In this document: piece after piece, positions 11,149-21,417 of the stretch
How positions within the stretch are numbered: position 1 is the first letter of the stretch
Layout of the letters: every line of letters begins with the position of its first letter
DNA from: an uncultured Actinomycetota bacterium
GTDB lineage: Bacteria > Actinomycetota > Actinomycetes > Mycobacteriales > SCTD01
Assembly (NCBI GenBank): GCA_963726975.1
Contig: CAVSEK010000006.1
Coordinates: 8,725 to 72,724 of the forward strand
DNA: 64,000 bases
Direction: 5' to 3'
The notes under the pieces: model-generated
Seen by the model: only the letters and a program-made list of their open reading frames with translations
Databases searched by the model: none
Told to the model about the DNA's origin: nothing
Position numbers and translations under genes: made by a program

Positions 11149-13815
11149 ATGCGAGTCTTCCCGGTCGGCCTGTCCCGGCGCGCGGGCACCGCCCTCGCCC
11201 TCGGCCTCGTCGGCGTCGCCGGCGTGACGCCCGTGCTGGCGGCCCGCTCGGGCAGCGACCCGGCGTCGACGGCCACCCTGGCCGCCGTGGCGCCGCGCCC
11301 CGCCGACTCGGTGAGCGCGTCGTACGGCGTCGTCGTGCACCTCATCGGCGACAAGGGCGTGTACGGCGACGAGCAGCGCGTCGCCGACGTCCTGTCCGAC
11401 CTCGGGGCCCGGCACGTGCGCACCCGGATGTACGCGGACCGGCCGAAGCTCGTCGAGGCGCTCACCGCGCTGCACGACCGCGGGATCGGCGCGGACCTCG
11501 TCATGGGCAACCCGACCGCCGTCGACCCGCCCGCGGCGCTCGTGCGGGCGGTCGCCGCGCTGCCGCCCGGCACCGTCGACTCGCTCGAGGGTGCCAACGA
11601 GTGGAACCTGTCCGGTCGCCCGGACTGGGTGGCCGAGCTGCGCGCCCACCAGGCGGCGCTGTGGGCGGCCGCCAAGGCCGACCCGGCGACCGCGGCGCTG
11701 CCCGTGCTCGCGCCGGCGCTGGGGATGGACCGCGACTACTCGGCCCTCGGCGACCTGTCCGCCGTGAGCGACGCGGGCAACCTGCACCTCTACCCGGGCG
11801 GCCGGGCGCCGAGCAGCCGGCTCGACGCCGCGCTCGAGAACGAGCGGGCCGTGGTGGGCGACGCCCCGGTCGTGGCGACCGAGACGGGCTACCACAACGC
11901 GCTCGCCTCGGTCGAGCCGCACGTGCCGACGCCCGAGGACGTCGCCGGGACGTACGCCCCGCGGCTGGTGCTCGAGCACCTCGCCCGCGGGGTGCAGCGG
12001 GTCTACACCTACGAGCTGTTCGACGAGCGCCCGGACCCGGCGCACACCGACCGGGAGGCCAACTTCGGCCTGGTCCGCCACGACGGCACCACCAAGCCCG
12101 CCTACCGCACCACGAAGGCGCTGCTCGCGCTCACCGCCGACCCGGGCCCCGCCTTCCGCACCGCACCGCTGGACTACGAGGTGCGCGGCGCCACGCCGGA
12201 CGTGCGCCAGCTGCTGCTGCAGAAGCGCGACGGGTCCTACGTCCTGCTGCTGTGGCGCGACGTCCCCGTCTGGGACCGCACCACGCGCACGCCGCTCGCG
12301 GTCGACCCCGTCCCCGTCACCGTGGCGCTCGGCCGGCCCGCCGACGTCGCGCTGCGCTCGCCGAGCGCCGGGACCGGCGTGCTGCGCGACGAGCGGGCCG
12401 TCCGCACGAGCACCGTCCCGCTCGCCGGCGACGTGGTGGCCCTGACGGTGGCCCCGACGCCGGTCCCCGGCGCCCCCACCGGCGTGACCGCCACCGCGGG
12501 CGACGCCAGCGCCACCGTGCGCTGGGCCGCCCCCGCGGGCGGCGCCGCGCCCACCGCGTACGAGGTCACGACCTCGCCCGGTGGCCGCTCCGTGCGCGTC
12601 GACGGCTCGAGCCGCCGCGCGCTCGTCGACGGCCTGACCAACGGCACCGCCTACACCGCCACCGTCACCGCGTACGCCGGCGAGCAGGCCGGTCCGGCCT
12701 CCGCCGCCTCCGCACCGGTCGTGCCCGCGCCGCTGCTGCCCGCCGCGCCCACCGGCCTCGCGGTGCTGCCGGGGGACGGCTCGCTGCAGGTCCGCTGGTC
12801 CGCGACCGGGTCCTCCGCGGACAGCTGGCGGGTCACCGCCACCCCGGCGGGCGGGCTGCCGGTCTCCACGACCGTGGCCGGGCGGCTGCGCGTCGCCGCC
12901 CTGACCGGGCTGACCAACGGCACGACCGTCACCGTCACGGTCGCCGGGACCAACGGCGCCGGCACCGGCCCGGCCGCCACCGCGACCGGGCGGCCGGTCG
13001 CTCCCCCGGCCGTGCCCACCGGCGTCGCGGCGGCGCCGCTCGCGGGCGGCGCCCTGGTGTCGTGGGCGCCGGCCGCCGACGTCGACCGCTGGGTCGTCAC
13101 GGCGACCCCGTCGGGCGCCCGCGCCGAGGTGCCGGGCACCGCGACCTCGGCGACGCTCGCCGGCCTCGCCGACGGGGTCGAGGCGCGGGTCGTCGTGACC
13201 GCCGAGAACGCCGCCGGGTCGGCCGGGTCCGCCCCCGTGGTCGTCCGGCCCGTGCCGGTGCCCGCGGCGCCGGCGTCCGCGACCGCCTGGCCGCGGGCTG
13301 CTGCCGCGATGGTCCGGTGGAGCCCGGTGCCCGCCGCGACCGGCTACACCGTCACCGCCGCCCCCGGCGGCGCGACCGCGAGCGTCGAGGCCGGCGCGAC
13401 CCACGTCGTGCTGCGCGGGCTGCAGGACGGCACCGCGTACGTCGTGTCGGTCGTCGCGACGGGCACGACCGGCAGCGGACCGGCCGCCGTCACCGCTCCC
13501 GTCGTGCCGCTGCCCGCCCCCGCGGCCCCGGCGGACGTCACCGCCGCGCCGCTGCCCGGCAGCGCCCTCGTGCGCTGGACGCCGCCGGCCGGGCCCGTGG
13601 GGCGCTACCGCGTCGTCGTCGCGCCGGGCGGCGCCACGGTCGAGGTCGACGGGGACACCACCTCCGTGCTCGTCGACGACCTGCGCCCGGGCCGGCCGTA
13701 CGCCGTCGCGGTGACCGCCCACAACATCTCCGGCGCGAGCCGGGCCGCCCAGGCCACCCCGGTCGTCCCCGCGCCGGTGCGCGGCGGGGTCCCCTGGTGG
13801 GTGCTGGAGCGCTGA
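11149..13815 (+). CDS. secreted TIM-barrel glycoside-hydrolase-like protein with five C-terminal fibronectin type III domains
   Basis: Signal peptide MRVFPVGLSRRAGTALALGLVGVAGVTPVLAA. Candidate acid/base and nucleophile motifs are EGANEWN and VATETGYH. Five ~90-aa FN3-like units follow (PTGVTATAGDASATVRW...LTNGTAYT and similar). Intact 889-aa frame. Confidence 0.75.
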   Translation: MRVFPVGLSRRAGTALALGLVGVAGVTPVLAARSGSDPASTATLAAVAPRPADSVSASYGVVVHLIGDKGVYGDEQRVADVLSDLGARHVRTRMYADRPKLVEALTALHDRGIGADLVMGNPTAVDPPAALVRAVAALPPGTVDSLEGANEWNLSGRPDWVAELRAHQAALWAAAKADPATAALPVLAPALGMDRDYSALGDLSAVSDAGNLHLYPGGRAPSSRLDAALENERAVVGDAPVVATETGYHNALASVEPHVPTPEDVAGTYAPRLVLEHLARGVQRVYTYELFDERPDPAHTDREANFGLVRHDGTTKPAYRTTKALLALTADPGPAFRTAPLDYEVRGATPDVRQLLLQKRDGSYVLLLWRDVPVWDRTTRTPLAVDPVPVTVALGRPADVALRSPSAGTGVLRDERAVRTSTVPLAGDVVALTVAPTPVPGAPTGVTATAGDASATVRWAAPAGGAAPTAYEVTTSPGGRSVRVDGSSRRALVDGLTNGTAYTATVTAYAGEQAGPASAASAPVVPAPLLPAAPTGLAVLPGDGSLQVRWSATGSSADSWRVTATPAGGLPVSTTVAGRLRVAALTGLTNGTTVTVTVAGTNGAGTGPAATATGRPVAPPAVPTGVAAAPLAGGALVSWAPAADVDRWVVTATPSGARAEVPGTATSATLAGLADGVEARVVVTAENAAGSAGSAPVVVRPVPVPAAPASATAWPRAAAAMVRWSPVPAATGYTVTAAPGGATASVEAGATHVVLRGLQDGTAYVVSVVATGTTGSGPAAVTAPVVPLPAPAAPADVTAAPLPGSALVRWTPPAGPVGRYRVVVAPGGATVEVDGDTTSVLVDDLRPGRPYAVAVTAHNISGASRAAQATPVVPAPVRGGVPWWVLER

Positions 13816-13872
13816 CCAGCGCTGAGCGCGGAGCAACGCGGACGACAGCGCGGAGAACATCCCCGGACGACC

Positions 13873-13903
13873 GCGGGCCCGCCCCCTCGGGGGACGGGCC
13901 CGC
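13873..13903. terminator. GC-rich hairpin, candidate bidirectional terminator (FN3 gene / tRNA-Ser)
   Basis: gcgggcccgccccc-tcg-ggggacgggcccgc forms a 14-position stem with one C:A mismatch and a 3-nt loop. It lies 58 nt after the stop at 13815 and 11 nt after the tRNA 3' end. There is no T-tract. Confidence 0.5.
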
Positions 13904-13913
13904 TGTCGGACTG

Positions 13914-14004
13914 CGGAGGCTCGGGGATTTGAACCCCGGATGGGCTTGAAGGCCCAAACCGCATTAGCAGTGCGGCGCCATAGACCGGACTAGGCGAAGC
14001 CTCC
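13914..14004 (-). tRNA. tRNA-Ser (anticodon GCU)
   Basis: The reverse complement folds as a cloverleaf: acceptor GGAGGCT/AGCCTCC, anticodon stem CCGCA/TGCGG, loop CTGCTAA, long variable arm, T-arm CGGGG-TTCAAAT-CCCCG, discriminator G. No encoded CCA. Confidence 0.93.
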
Positions 14005-14007
14005 TGG

Positions 14008-14037
14008 CGGTCCGGGAGCCTACAGGCCCCCGGACCG
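14008..14037 (-). terminator. hairpin downstream of the SDR gene
   Basis: cggtccggg-N12-cccggaccg is a perfect 9-bp stem between the SDR stop (14050) and the tRNA 5' end (14004). Confidence 0.45.
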
Positions 14038-14049
14038 TACGGGCAGAGG

Positions 14050-14970
14050 TCAGGCGGACGGGCGGTTGCCGCTGGTGTCGGCGTTGGGGGCGGCCTGGCG
14101 CACCAGGTCGGGCAGGACCTCGGCGAGCTCGCCGGCCTCCCACTTGGCCTGGCGCTCGACCTTCGGCCCGGCGACCCAGCCCTCGTTGACGGCGACGGTG
14201 CCGCCGTACACCGAGAAGACCCGGCCGGTGATCTCCTTGGAGGACTCCGAGCCGAGGTAGACCACGAGCGGGCTGATGTTGCTCGGGTCGAACTGGTCGA
14301 AGCCGCTCTCGGTCTTGGACAGCGCCGCGAGCCCGAGGTCCTCGGTCATGCGGGTCAGGGCGACGGGGGCGATCGCGTTGACCGTGACGCCGTAGCGGCC
14401 GAGCTCCTGGCTCGTGATGACCGTGAACGCGGCGATGCCGGCCTTGGCCGCGCCGTAGTTGGTCTGGCCGACGTTGCCGTAGATGCCCGAGCTCGACGAG
14501 CTGGTGTTGATGATGCGCGCGTCGACCGGCGTGCCGGCCTTGCTCTGGTCGCGCCAGTAGGCGGCGGCGTGGTGCGCCGGGGCGAAGGTGCCCTTGAGGT
14601 GGACCTTGATGACCGCGTCCCACTCGGCCTCGGACATGTTGACCATCATCCGGTCGCGCAGGATGCCGGCGTTGTTGACCAGGACGTGGAGCGTGCCGTA
14701 GGTCTCGATCGCCTGGGCGACGATGCGCTCGGCGCCGTCCCAGCTGGAGATGTCGTCGGTGTTGGCGACGGCCTCGCCGCCCATCGCGGTGATCTCGTCG
14801 ACGACCTTCTGGGCGGGCCCGGCGTCGCTGCCGGAGCCGTCGCGCGCGCCGCCGATGTCGTTGACGACGACCTTGGCGCCCTCGCGGGCGAAGGCGAGCG
14901 CGTGCTCGCGCCCGATGCCGCCTCCGGCGCCGGTGATGATGACGACGCGTCCGTCGCAGATGCCAGCCAC
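14050..14970 (-). CDS. SDR family NAD(P)-dependent oxidoreductase
   Basis: [14 protein letters not shown] (TGxxxGxG), NNAG, and the catalytic YGAAK. GAGGAG lies about 9 nt upstream of GTG 14970. The ORF track frame is 14050..15015. Confidence 0.85.
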   Translation of the reverse strand: MAGICDGRVVIITGAGGGIGREHALAFAREGAKVVVNDIGGARDGSGSDAGPAQKVVDEITAMGGEAVANTDDISSWDGAERIVAQAIETYGTLHVLVNNAGILRDRMMVNMSEAEWDAVIKVHLKGTFAPAHHAAAYWRDQSKAGTPVDARIINTSSSSSGIYGNVGQTNYGAAKAGIAAFTVITSQELGRYGVTVNAIAPVALTRMTEDLGLAALSKTESGFDQFDPSNISPLVVYLGSESSKEITGRVFSVYGGTVAVNEGWVAGPKVERQAKWEAGELAEVLPDLVRQAAPNADTSGNRPSA

Positions 14971-15062
14971 GCTGCAGTGCTCCTCAGGGGTTCGGTGCCG
15001 TGCTCGGACGCCCAATGTCCCACGAGTACGTTCGCAGACCTCAGGTGCCCCGGGAGGACCTC

Positions 15063-15809
15063 ATGCCGGCTGCGGTGTCGCTGCTCGAAGGCCGTACGGC
15101 CGTCATCACGGGAGGGGCGCGCGGGATCGGCTACGAGATCGCGCGGCGCTTCGTCGAGGAGGGCGCGGCCGTCGTGCTCGGCGACCTCGACGAGGCGCAG
15201 GCGGTGGAGGCGGCCAAGTCGCTGCCGGGCACCGCGCTCGGCTTCCGCTGCGACGTCACCGTCGAGGACGAGGTGAAGGCGCTGCTGGAGTACTGCACCG
15301 AGGAGTTCGGCTCGCTCGACGTGCTGGTCAACAACGCGGGGATCACCCGCGACAAGACGATGCGCAACATGTCCAGCGACGACTTCCGCACGGTCGTCGA
15401 CGTGCACCTGTACGGCGCGTGGCTCGGCACCAAGCACGCCAGCGTGATCATGCGCGAGCAGGGCCGCGGCTCGATCGTCAACATCAGCTCGATCAGCGGC
15501 AAGGTCGGCAACGTCGGCCAGACGAACTACTCGGCGGCCAAGGCCGGCATGGTCGGGCTGACGAAGGCGGCCGCCAAGGAGGTCGCGCACGCCGGGGTGC
15601 GGGTCAACGCCGTGCAGCCCGGGCTCATCCGCACCGCCATGACCGAGGCGATGCCGCAGAAGGCGTGGGACAGCAAGCTCGCCGACATCCCGATGGGCCG
15701 CGCCGGCGAGCCCGACGAGGTCGCCTCCGTCGTGCTGTTCCTCGCCAGCGACCTGGCGTCGTACGTCACCGGCGCCGTCGTCGAGGTCACCGGCGGGCGG
15801 CACGCGTGA
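15063..15809 (+). CDS. fabG: 3-oxoacyl-[ACP]/acyl-CoA reductase, FabG-like SDR
   Basis: [39 protein letters not shown] and the C-terminal [19 protein letters not shown] precedes ATG 15063. The symbol is family-level only. Confidence 0.82.
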   Translation: MPAAVSLLEGRTAVITGGARGIGYEIARRFVEEGAAVVLGDLDEAQAVEAAKSLPGTALGFRCDVTVEDEVKALLEYCTEEFGSLDVLVNNAGITRDKTMRNMSSDDFRTVVDVHLYGAWLGTKHASVIMREQGRGSIVNISSISGKVGNVGQTNYSAAKAGMVGLTKAAAKEVAHAGVRVNAVQPGLIRTAMTEAMPQKAWDSKLADIPMGRAGEPDEVASVVLFLASDLASYVTGAVVEVTGGRHA

Positions 15810-17042
15810 CCGGCGCCGCTACGGCGGACGACGTCGTCGTCTGCGAGCCGCTGCGCACCCCGGTCGGCCGGTACGGCGGGGTGCTGCGCGACGTCCCCGC
15901 CGCCGAGCTCGGCGCGACCGTCGTCCGCGGCGCTCGTCGAGCGGACCGGGATCGACCCGGCGGGATCGACGACGTCATGCTCGGCCAGGGCTACCCCAAC
16001 GGCGAGTCGCCGGCCATCGGCCGGGTCGCCGCGCTCGACGCCGGGCTGCGGGATCGAGGTGCCCGGGCATGCAGGTGGACCGGCGCTGCGGCTCGGGGCT
16101 GCAGGCCGTGCTGGTGGCCGCCGGGGCAGATCCGGGCGGGCATGGCCGAGCGTCGTGCTCGCCGGCGGCGCCGAGAGCATGAGCCAGGTCGAGCACTACA
16201 CGCTGGCCATGCGCTGGGGCGCCGGCGGCGTCGCCCGGTGATGCACGACCGGCTCGCCCGCGGCCGGGTCACCTCCGGCGGCGTCCACCACCTGGTCGAG
16301 GGCGGGATGCTCGAGACCGCGGAGAACCTGCGCCGCGAGTTCTCGATCCCCGGCGAGGAGCAGGACGCGCTGGCCGCGGAGTCGCACCGGCGGGCGGTCG
16401 CCGCGCAGGAGGGCGGCGCGGTTCGACGACGAGCTCGTGCCGGTGGCGGTGCGCGGGCGCAAGGGCGACACCGTCGTCGACACGCGACGAGCACCCGCGG
16501 CCGGGCACGACGGTCGAGTCGCTGGCCGCGCTGCGGCCGGTGATGGGGCGCGCCGGACCCGCGAGGCCACCGTGACCGCCGGCAACGCCAGCGGGCAGAA
16601 CGACGGCGCCTCGCTGTGCCTGGTCACCACGCTGGAGCGGGCGCACGCGCTGGGGCTGCGGCCGTACGCCCGGCTGGTCTCGGCGGCGGTCGCCGGCGTG
16701 CCGCCGGAGACGATGGGGATCGGGCCGGTGCCGGCGACCGCCCGGGCGCTGGAGCGGGCGGGGCTGACGATGGCCGACCTCGACCTGATCGAGCTCAACG
16801 AGGCGTTCGCCGCGCAGGTGCTCGCGGTGACCGGGCGGTGGGGGCTCGGACGCCGCCGACCCGCGGCTCAACTCAACGGCTCCGGGATCTCGCTCGGCCA
16901 CCCGATCGGCGCGACCGGCGGCCGGATCCTCGCGACCCTGCTGCGCGAGCTGGACCGCCGCGAGGGGCGCTACGGCCTCGAGACGATGTGCATCGGCGGC
17001 GGCCAGGGGCTGGCGGCGGTCTTCGAGCGGCTGCCGGCGTAG
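15806..17042 (+). pseudogene. acetyl-CoA C-acyltransferase (thiolase); at least 8 frame switches as sequenced
   Basis: GTG 15806 overlaps the fabG stop (GTGA). N-terminus VVVCEPLRTPVGRYGG and MLGQGYPNGESPAIGRVAALDAG lie in the frame of ORF 14723..16543. The C-terminus with NEAFAAQ, GHPIGATG and CIGGGQG lies in ORF 16437..17042. Intermediate pieces (GAESMSQVEHYTLAMRWG) are in a third frame. Confidence 0.85.
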
Positions 17043-17060
17043 CGGGCCCGGCCGCTGGGC

Positions 17061-17187
17061 GGGGATCGGTGCCGCGACACGCCCGCGCGCCCCGACAGCG
17101 ATCGCCGGGCAGCACACGGCGGCGGCGGCTGGCCGGGGATCGGTGTCGCGACACGCCCGCGCGCCCCGACAGCGATCGCCGGGCAGC
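17061..17187. repeat. two direct copies of a 53-bp hairpin-forming repeat (52/53 identical, 74-bp period) in the thiolase/MFS convergent intergenic region
   Basis: Copy 1 (17061-17113) is ggggatcggtgccgcgacacgcccgcgcgccccgacagcgatcgccgggcagc. Copy 2 (17135-17187) has t for c at one position. Within each copy, gatcggtgtcg pairs with cgacagcgatc. Copy 2 also contains the perfect palindrome gtgtcgcgacac. Confidence 0.85.
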
Positions 17188-17214
17188 CGGAGCGGGACCC
17201 GCCAGCCGCCCCGA

Positions 17215-18435
17215 CTACGCCCGCGCGGCCAGGTCGTCCTCGACGAGCGCCGGCTGCGCGGCGACCCAGCCGGCGCCGGCCATGAGCACGAGGTCGGCGA
17301 ACAGCAGCGCGAACGGCCAGCCCCAGCCGCCGGTCGCGCCGTGCAGGACACCGACCAGCAGCGGGCCGGTGCCGGCCAGGACGTAGCCGGTGCTCTGCAC
17401 GAAGGCCGACAGCGACGCCGTCGTCGCCGCCTCCCGGGTGCGCAGCCCGATCATGGTCAGCGCGAGGGGGAACGTCCCGCCGGCGATCCCCGCGAGCAGC
17501 ATCGCCACCACGTCGAGGGCGCGGGGGGCGAGCAGCATGGCGGAGTAGGCGGCGACGTACGCGACGAGCAGGACGGCGAGGACGGGCCGCTGGTCGGGGA
17601 AGCGCGCGGCCACGGACGGCACCAGCGCCGAGACCGGCACGGCGACCACCGAGAAGACGGCGACGAGCAGCCCGGCGCGGGCCGCGGAGACGCCCGCCTC
17701 CTCGCGGAAGTACAGCGCGAACCAGCCGAACGTCACGTACGCCTGCAGCGACTGCGAGCCGAAGAACAGCGCCAGCGCCCAGGCCGTGCGGCTGCGGTGG
17801 ACCGGCGGCCGGGGCGGGTGCGAGGCGCGCGGCAGCGGCCGGTCGCGCAGGGCCGGCCCGACGCACAGCGCCGCGGCGAGCAGCGCCGGCACCGCCCAGA
17901 CGCCGAGCCCGACCCGCCAGTCGCGGTCGCCGAGCAGCCCGGCGAGCGGCACCGTGAGCGCCGCGGAGACGGTCGTGCCGATGGCCATCGAGGTCGTGTA
18001 CGCCGCGGTCATCGGGCCGAGCCGGTCCGGGAAGCGGCGCTTGACGAGCACGGGCAGCACGACGTTGCCGACCGCCCCGCCGGCGAGCGCGACCACGCTG
18101 AGCAGCAGGAACGGGACTGCGCCGTCCACCGCCGAGCGGGCCAGCACGCCGGCGGCCATGACGAGCATCGCGACGCCGACCAGGCGGGCCTCGCCGAGGC
18201 GGCGGGCCAGCCGCGGCGCCTGCGAGCCGATCCCGGCGAAGGCCAGCACCGGCAGCGTCGTCAGCAGCCCGGCCTCCCCGCCGGACAGCCCGACGCCCGC
18301 CTGCACCTCGTCGAGCAGCGGCCCGACGCTGGTCACGGCGGTCCGCAGGTTGAACGCCGCGAGCAGCAGCGCGACGAGCAGGGGCAGCCGCGCGCGCAGC
18401 CCCGGCCGGCCCGCCACCTCCGCCACCTGCGTCAC
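17215..18435 (-). CDS. MFS transporter (CynX/NimT-like)
   Basis: This is the 3' 406 codons of ORF 17215..19095, starting at GTG 18435 ([41 protein letters not shown]...). About 12 hydrophobic helices. Confidence 0.8.
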   Translation of the reverse strand: MTQVAEVAGRPGLRARLPLLVALLLAAFNLRTAVTSVGPLLDEVQAGVGLSGGEAGLLTTLPVLAFAGIGSQAPRLARRLGEARLVGVAMLVMAAGVLARSAVDGAVPFLLLSVVALAGGAVGNVVLPVLVKRRFPDRLGPMTAAYTTSMAIGTTVSAALTVPLAGLLGDRDWRVGLGVWAVPALLAAALCVGPALRDRPLPRASHPPRPPVHRSRTAWALALFFGSQSLQAYVTFGWFALYFREEAGVSAARAGLLVAVFSVVAVPVSALVPSVAARFPDQRPVLAVLLVAYVAAYSAMLLAPRALDVVAMLLAGIAGGTFPLALTMIGLRTREAATTASLSAFVQSTGYVLAGTGPLLVGVLHGATGGWGWPFALLFADLVLMAGAGWVAAQPALVEDDLAARA

Positions 18436-18478
18436 GCCGTCGAGCAGACCACGGGCGGTGCCTCGCCGCGCCCGGGGG

Positions 18479-19537
18479 TCAGCCCGCCCAGGCCGCCAGC
18501 AGCGCCGCGCCGTCGCCCGCCGCGCCGACGGCCCCGGGCGTACGGGAGAAGCGCGGTGCGGGGGCGGGCCGGACCGCGCGGCCGTCGCGGGCCAGGGTGC
18601 CGCGGGCGGCGAGGTGCGCGCCGTCCGGCGCCTCGGCCAGCGACAGCACGGGCGTGACGCAGGCGTCGGTGCCGGCGAAGTGCGCGGCCCACTCGTCGCG
18701 GGTGCGGGTGCGGAAGGCGGCGGTGAAGGCGGCCCGGGTCGCGGGCCAGTCGTCGTACTGGCCCGGCAGGCCGGTGAGGCCCGAGGCCGGCGACGAGCGC
18801 GGCGTAGAACTGCGGCTCGATCGCGCCGACGGCGACGTGCCGGCCGTCCGCGCAGGCGTAGGTGTCGTAGAACGGCGCGCCGCCGTCGAGCAGGTTGGTG
18901 CCGCGCTCGTCGCGCCAGCGCGCCGGCGCCGCACATCGCCCAGGTCATGCTCATCAGCTGGCTGACGCCGTCGACCATGGCCACGTCGACGACCTGGCCG
19001 CGGCCGCTGCGGCCGCGCTCGACCAGCGCCGCGAGGACGCCGGTGACCAGGAACATCGAGCCGCCGCCGAAGTCGGCGACCAGGTTGAGCGGCACGACCG
19101 GGTCGCCCGCCGGGCTCGCCGATGGCGTGCAGGGCGCCGGTGAGCGACAGGTAGTTGAGGTCGTGCCCGGCGCGCTGCGCGAGCGGGCCGTCCTGCCCCC
19201 AGCCGGTCATCCGGGCGTAGACCAGCCGCGGGGTTCCGGGCCGCGCAGGCTGCGTCGGGCCCGAGGCCGAGGCGCTCGGCGACGCCGGGCCGCATCCCCT
19301 CGACGAGCACGTCGGCGCCGGCGACCGCGGCGCAGCACCCGGGCCACGCCCGCCGGGTCCTTGAGGTCGAGCGCGACCCGCGGCCGGTCGCCGGCCAGCC
19401 CGTCGTCGACCGCACCGCCGCCCGGCCCGCTCGACCCGCAGCACGTCGGCGCCGAGGTCGGCGAGCAGGCGGCAGGCCAGCGGGGCCGGGCCGATGCCGG
19501 CGAGCTCGACGACGCGGACGCCGGCCAGGGGCCCCAT
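18479..19537 (-). pseudogene. family III CoA-transferase (CaiB/BaiF; alpha-methylacyl-CoA racemase-like); several frame switches
   Basis: [37 protein letters not shown] and the C-terminus [25 protein letters not shown] lie in the frame of ORF 18479..20551. The central segment [40 protein letters not shown] lies in the frame of ORF 17215..19095. Other pieces are in ORF 18954..19415. Confidence 0.8.
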
Positions 19538-19548
19538 GGCGGCGGACG

Positions 19549-21407
19549 CTAGCCGCCGGCGACGGCGCGGCCAGGAGCGCCGTGACCCGCAGCCAGCCGC
19601 CGCCCGGCCGACTCGCGCAGCGCGCCGTCGGCGACCAGCGCGACCGCCCGGCCGGCGGTGTCGACCGCCAGCTGCCGCCACCCGCGCCGCCGCAGGTCGC
19701 CGGAGGAGTCCGCCCGGTAGACCGCCAGCACCAGGCAGGACGTGTCCGGGCAGCGCCGGGCGGTGTTGAGCGGCCAGCCGCGCGGCACGGGCGCGCTGTC
19801 GCACCCCGTCACCCCGACCGCCGTGACCGCGACCGGCACCGCGCCGACCAGCGCGCAGGCCGTCGTGCGCCCGGCCCGCTCGACGACGAGGACGTCGGCC
19901 GGACGCCCGACCAGCGACACCTCCAGCGGCACCGCGGGCCCGGCGAGGCGGACCTGCCGCTGACGGGCGTACGACAGCAGCGCGCCGCGGTAGACCGCCG
20001 ACGGCAGCTGCAGCAGGTCCGGCAGCGGCTCGCCCGCCGGCGGTACCGGGGAGAGCGCGGCGAGCACGGTGCCGGCGACGAGCCCGCTGACCGGGTGCCC
20101 GAGGTAGGGCGGGTCGACGTCGAGCCGCACGACCCCGCCGACCCGGCCGCGCTCGGCGACGGCGAGGACGTCGCGGTGCGCCGGGCGTCCGCCGCGGCCG
20201 CTGAGACCGCCGAGGCGAGCTGAGCGACGACGAGCACGCCGGCGACCACGGCCAGCCGCCGCACGGTCGCGCGACGCGGCGAGCCAGCCGCGCAGCACCG
20301 GCAGCCCGGCGAGCACGACCGGCACGACCAGCGGCACGGCGTAGATCGGGCCGAGGACGGTCGTGCCGCGGCCCCACAGCACGGAGAAGTTCCACGGTCC
20401 CCAGAAGGCGAGGTAGCCGAGCAGGTGCACGCCGGCCGCGGCGAGCAGCAGCCGTACGGCCGGGGTCGCCGTGCGCCAGGAGACCACCGCCGCCGGGCAC
20501 GAGCAGCGCGCCGAGGGCGAACCAGTGCAGCGGGTCCAGCCCGAAGTGCACCAGCTCGCCGTGCAGCCCCTGCAGCGGCCCGAAGCGTGCGCAGCGGGTC
20601 CTCGGGGACGAGCCGGCGGCGCCCGTAGCCGAGCGCGTCGAACGGCTCCTGCAGCCCGAAGGGCAGCGTCAGCGCGGCGCCGGTCGCCCGGGTGTCGTAG
20701 GCCAGCACGAGCGCGGTGAGCGGGACGGCGCCGGCGACGAGCGCCGGCACGAGGCGCAGCAGGTCGGCGCGCCGACGCCACGCCGCCGCGAGCAGGACGG
20801 GGCCGAGCAGCAGGACGGTGTCGTACGGCCGGGTGCCCGCCGCCGCGGGCAGCAGCAGCCCGAGCAGCGCGGCCGCGCCGGCGCCGGCGCGGCCGAGGGC
20901 GAGGCGCAGCGCGAGCAGCCAGCCGGTGCACACCAGGAGCAGGAACAGGACGTACGACAGCGGCAGCGCGGACTGCAGCACGACGACCGGCGAGGCCGAG
21001 ACCAGCGCGGCGGCGGCGACCGACTCGCCGCGGGACAGCCCGGTCTCGCGGGCCAGCCGCGCGACGGCGACCGGCACGAGCGCGGCGAGCGCGGCCAGCA
21101 CCGGCACGACGCTGCCGAGCAGGGCGAGGCCGGCGGCCTGCGCGGCGGAGACCACCGGGAGGTACTTGCTCACCAGCCCGACGGGCTCCGGGGTGAAGAA
21201 CCACGGGCGGTGCGCGAGCACCGGGTCGGGGACGTGCAGGAAGAGCGCCCCGCCCGCGATCGCCCGCGCCTGCAGCAGGTAGGCGACCTCGTCGTTGTTG
21301 AGCGAGCCGGCGGCGAACAGCGCCAGGTGCAGGACGGCGGCCGCGGCGGCGGCGAGCGCGGCGACGAGCAGCAGGGCCGCGCGGGGGGTGGGCCTCGCGC
21401 GCAGCAC
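19549..21407 (-). pseudogene. GT-C fold membrane glycosyltransferase (PMT/ArnT-like) with a C-terminal extracytoplasmic domain; at least 4 frame switches
   Basis: The N-terminal multi-TM part, with the loop-1 acidic motif SLNNDEVAYLLQA, is in ORF 19809..21407. [17 protein letters not shown] is in ORF 18479..20551. [18 protein letters not shown]... and the C-terminal domain are in ORF 19549..21204. Confidence 0.6.
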
Positions 21408-21417
21408 CCGCTGCAGG

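Noticed and set aside
10867-13860. 997-aa minus-strand ORF opposite the FN3 gene
   Set aside because: It is an antisense shadow of an intact, motif-rich plus-strand gene, with a low-complexity RGD/GGR composition.
17061-17187. Possible CRISPR array
   Set aside because: There are only two repeat copies, no cas genes, a 'spacer' of only 21 nt, and a repeat (53 nt) longer than CRISPR repeats.
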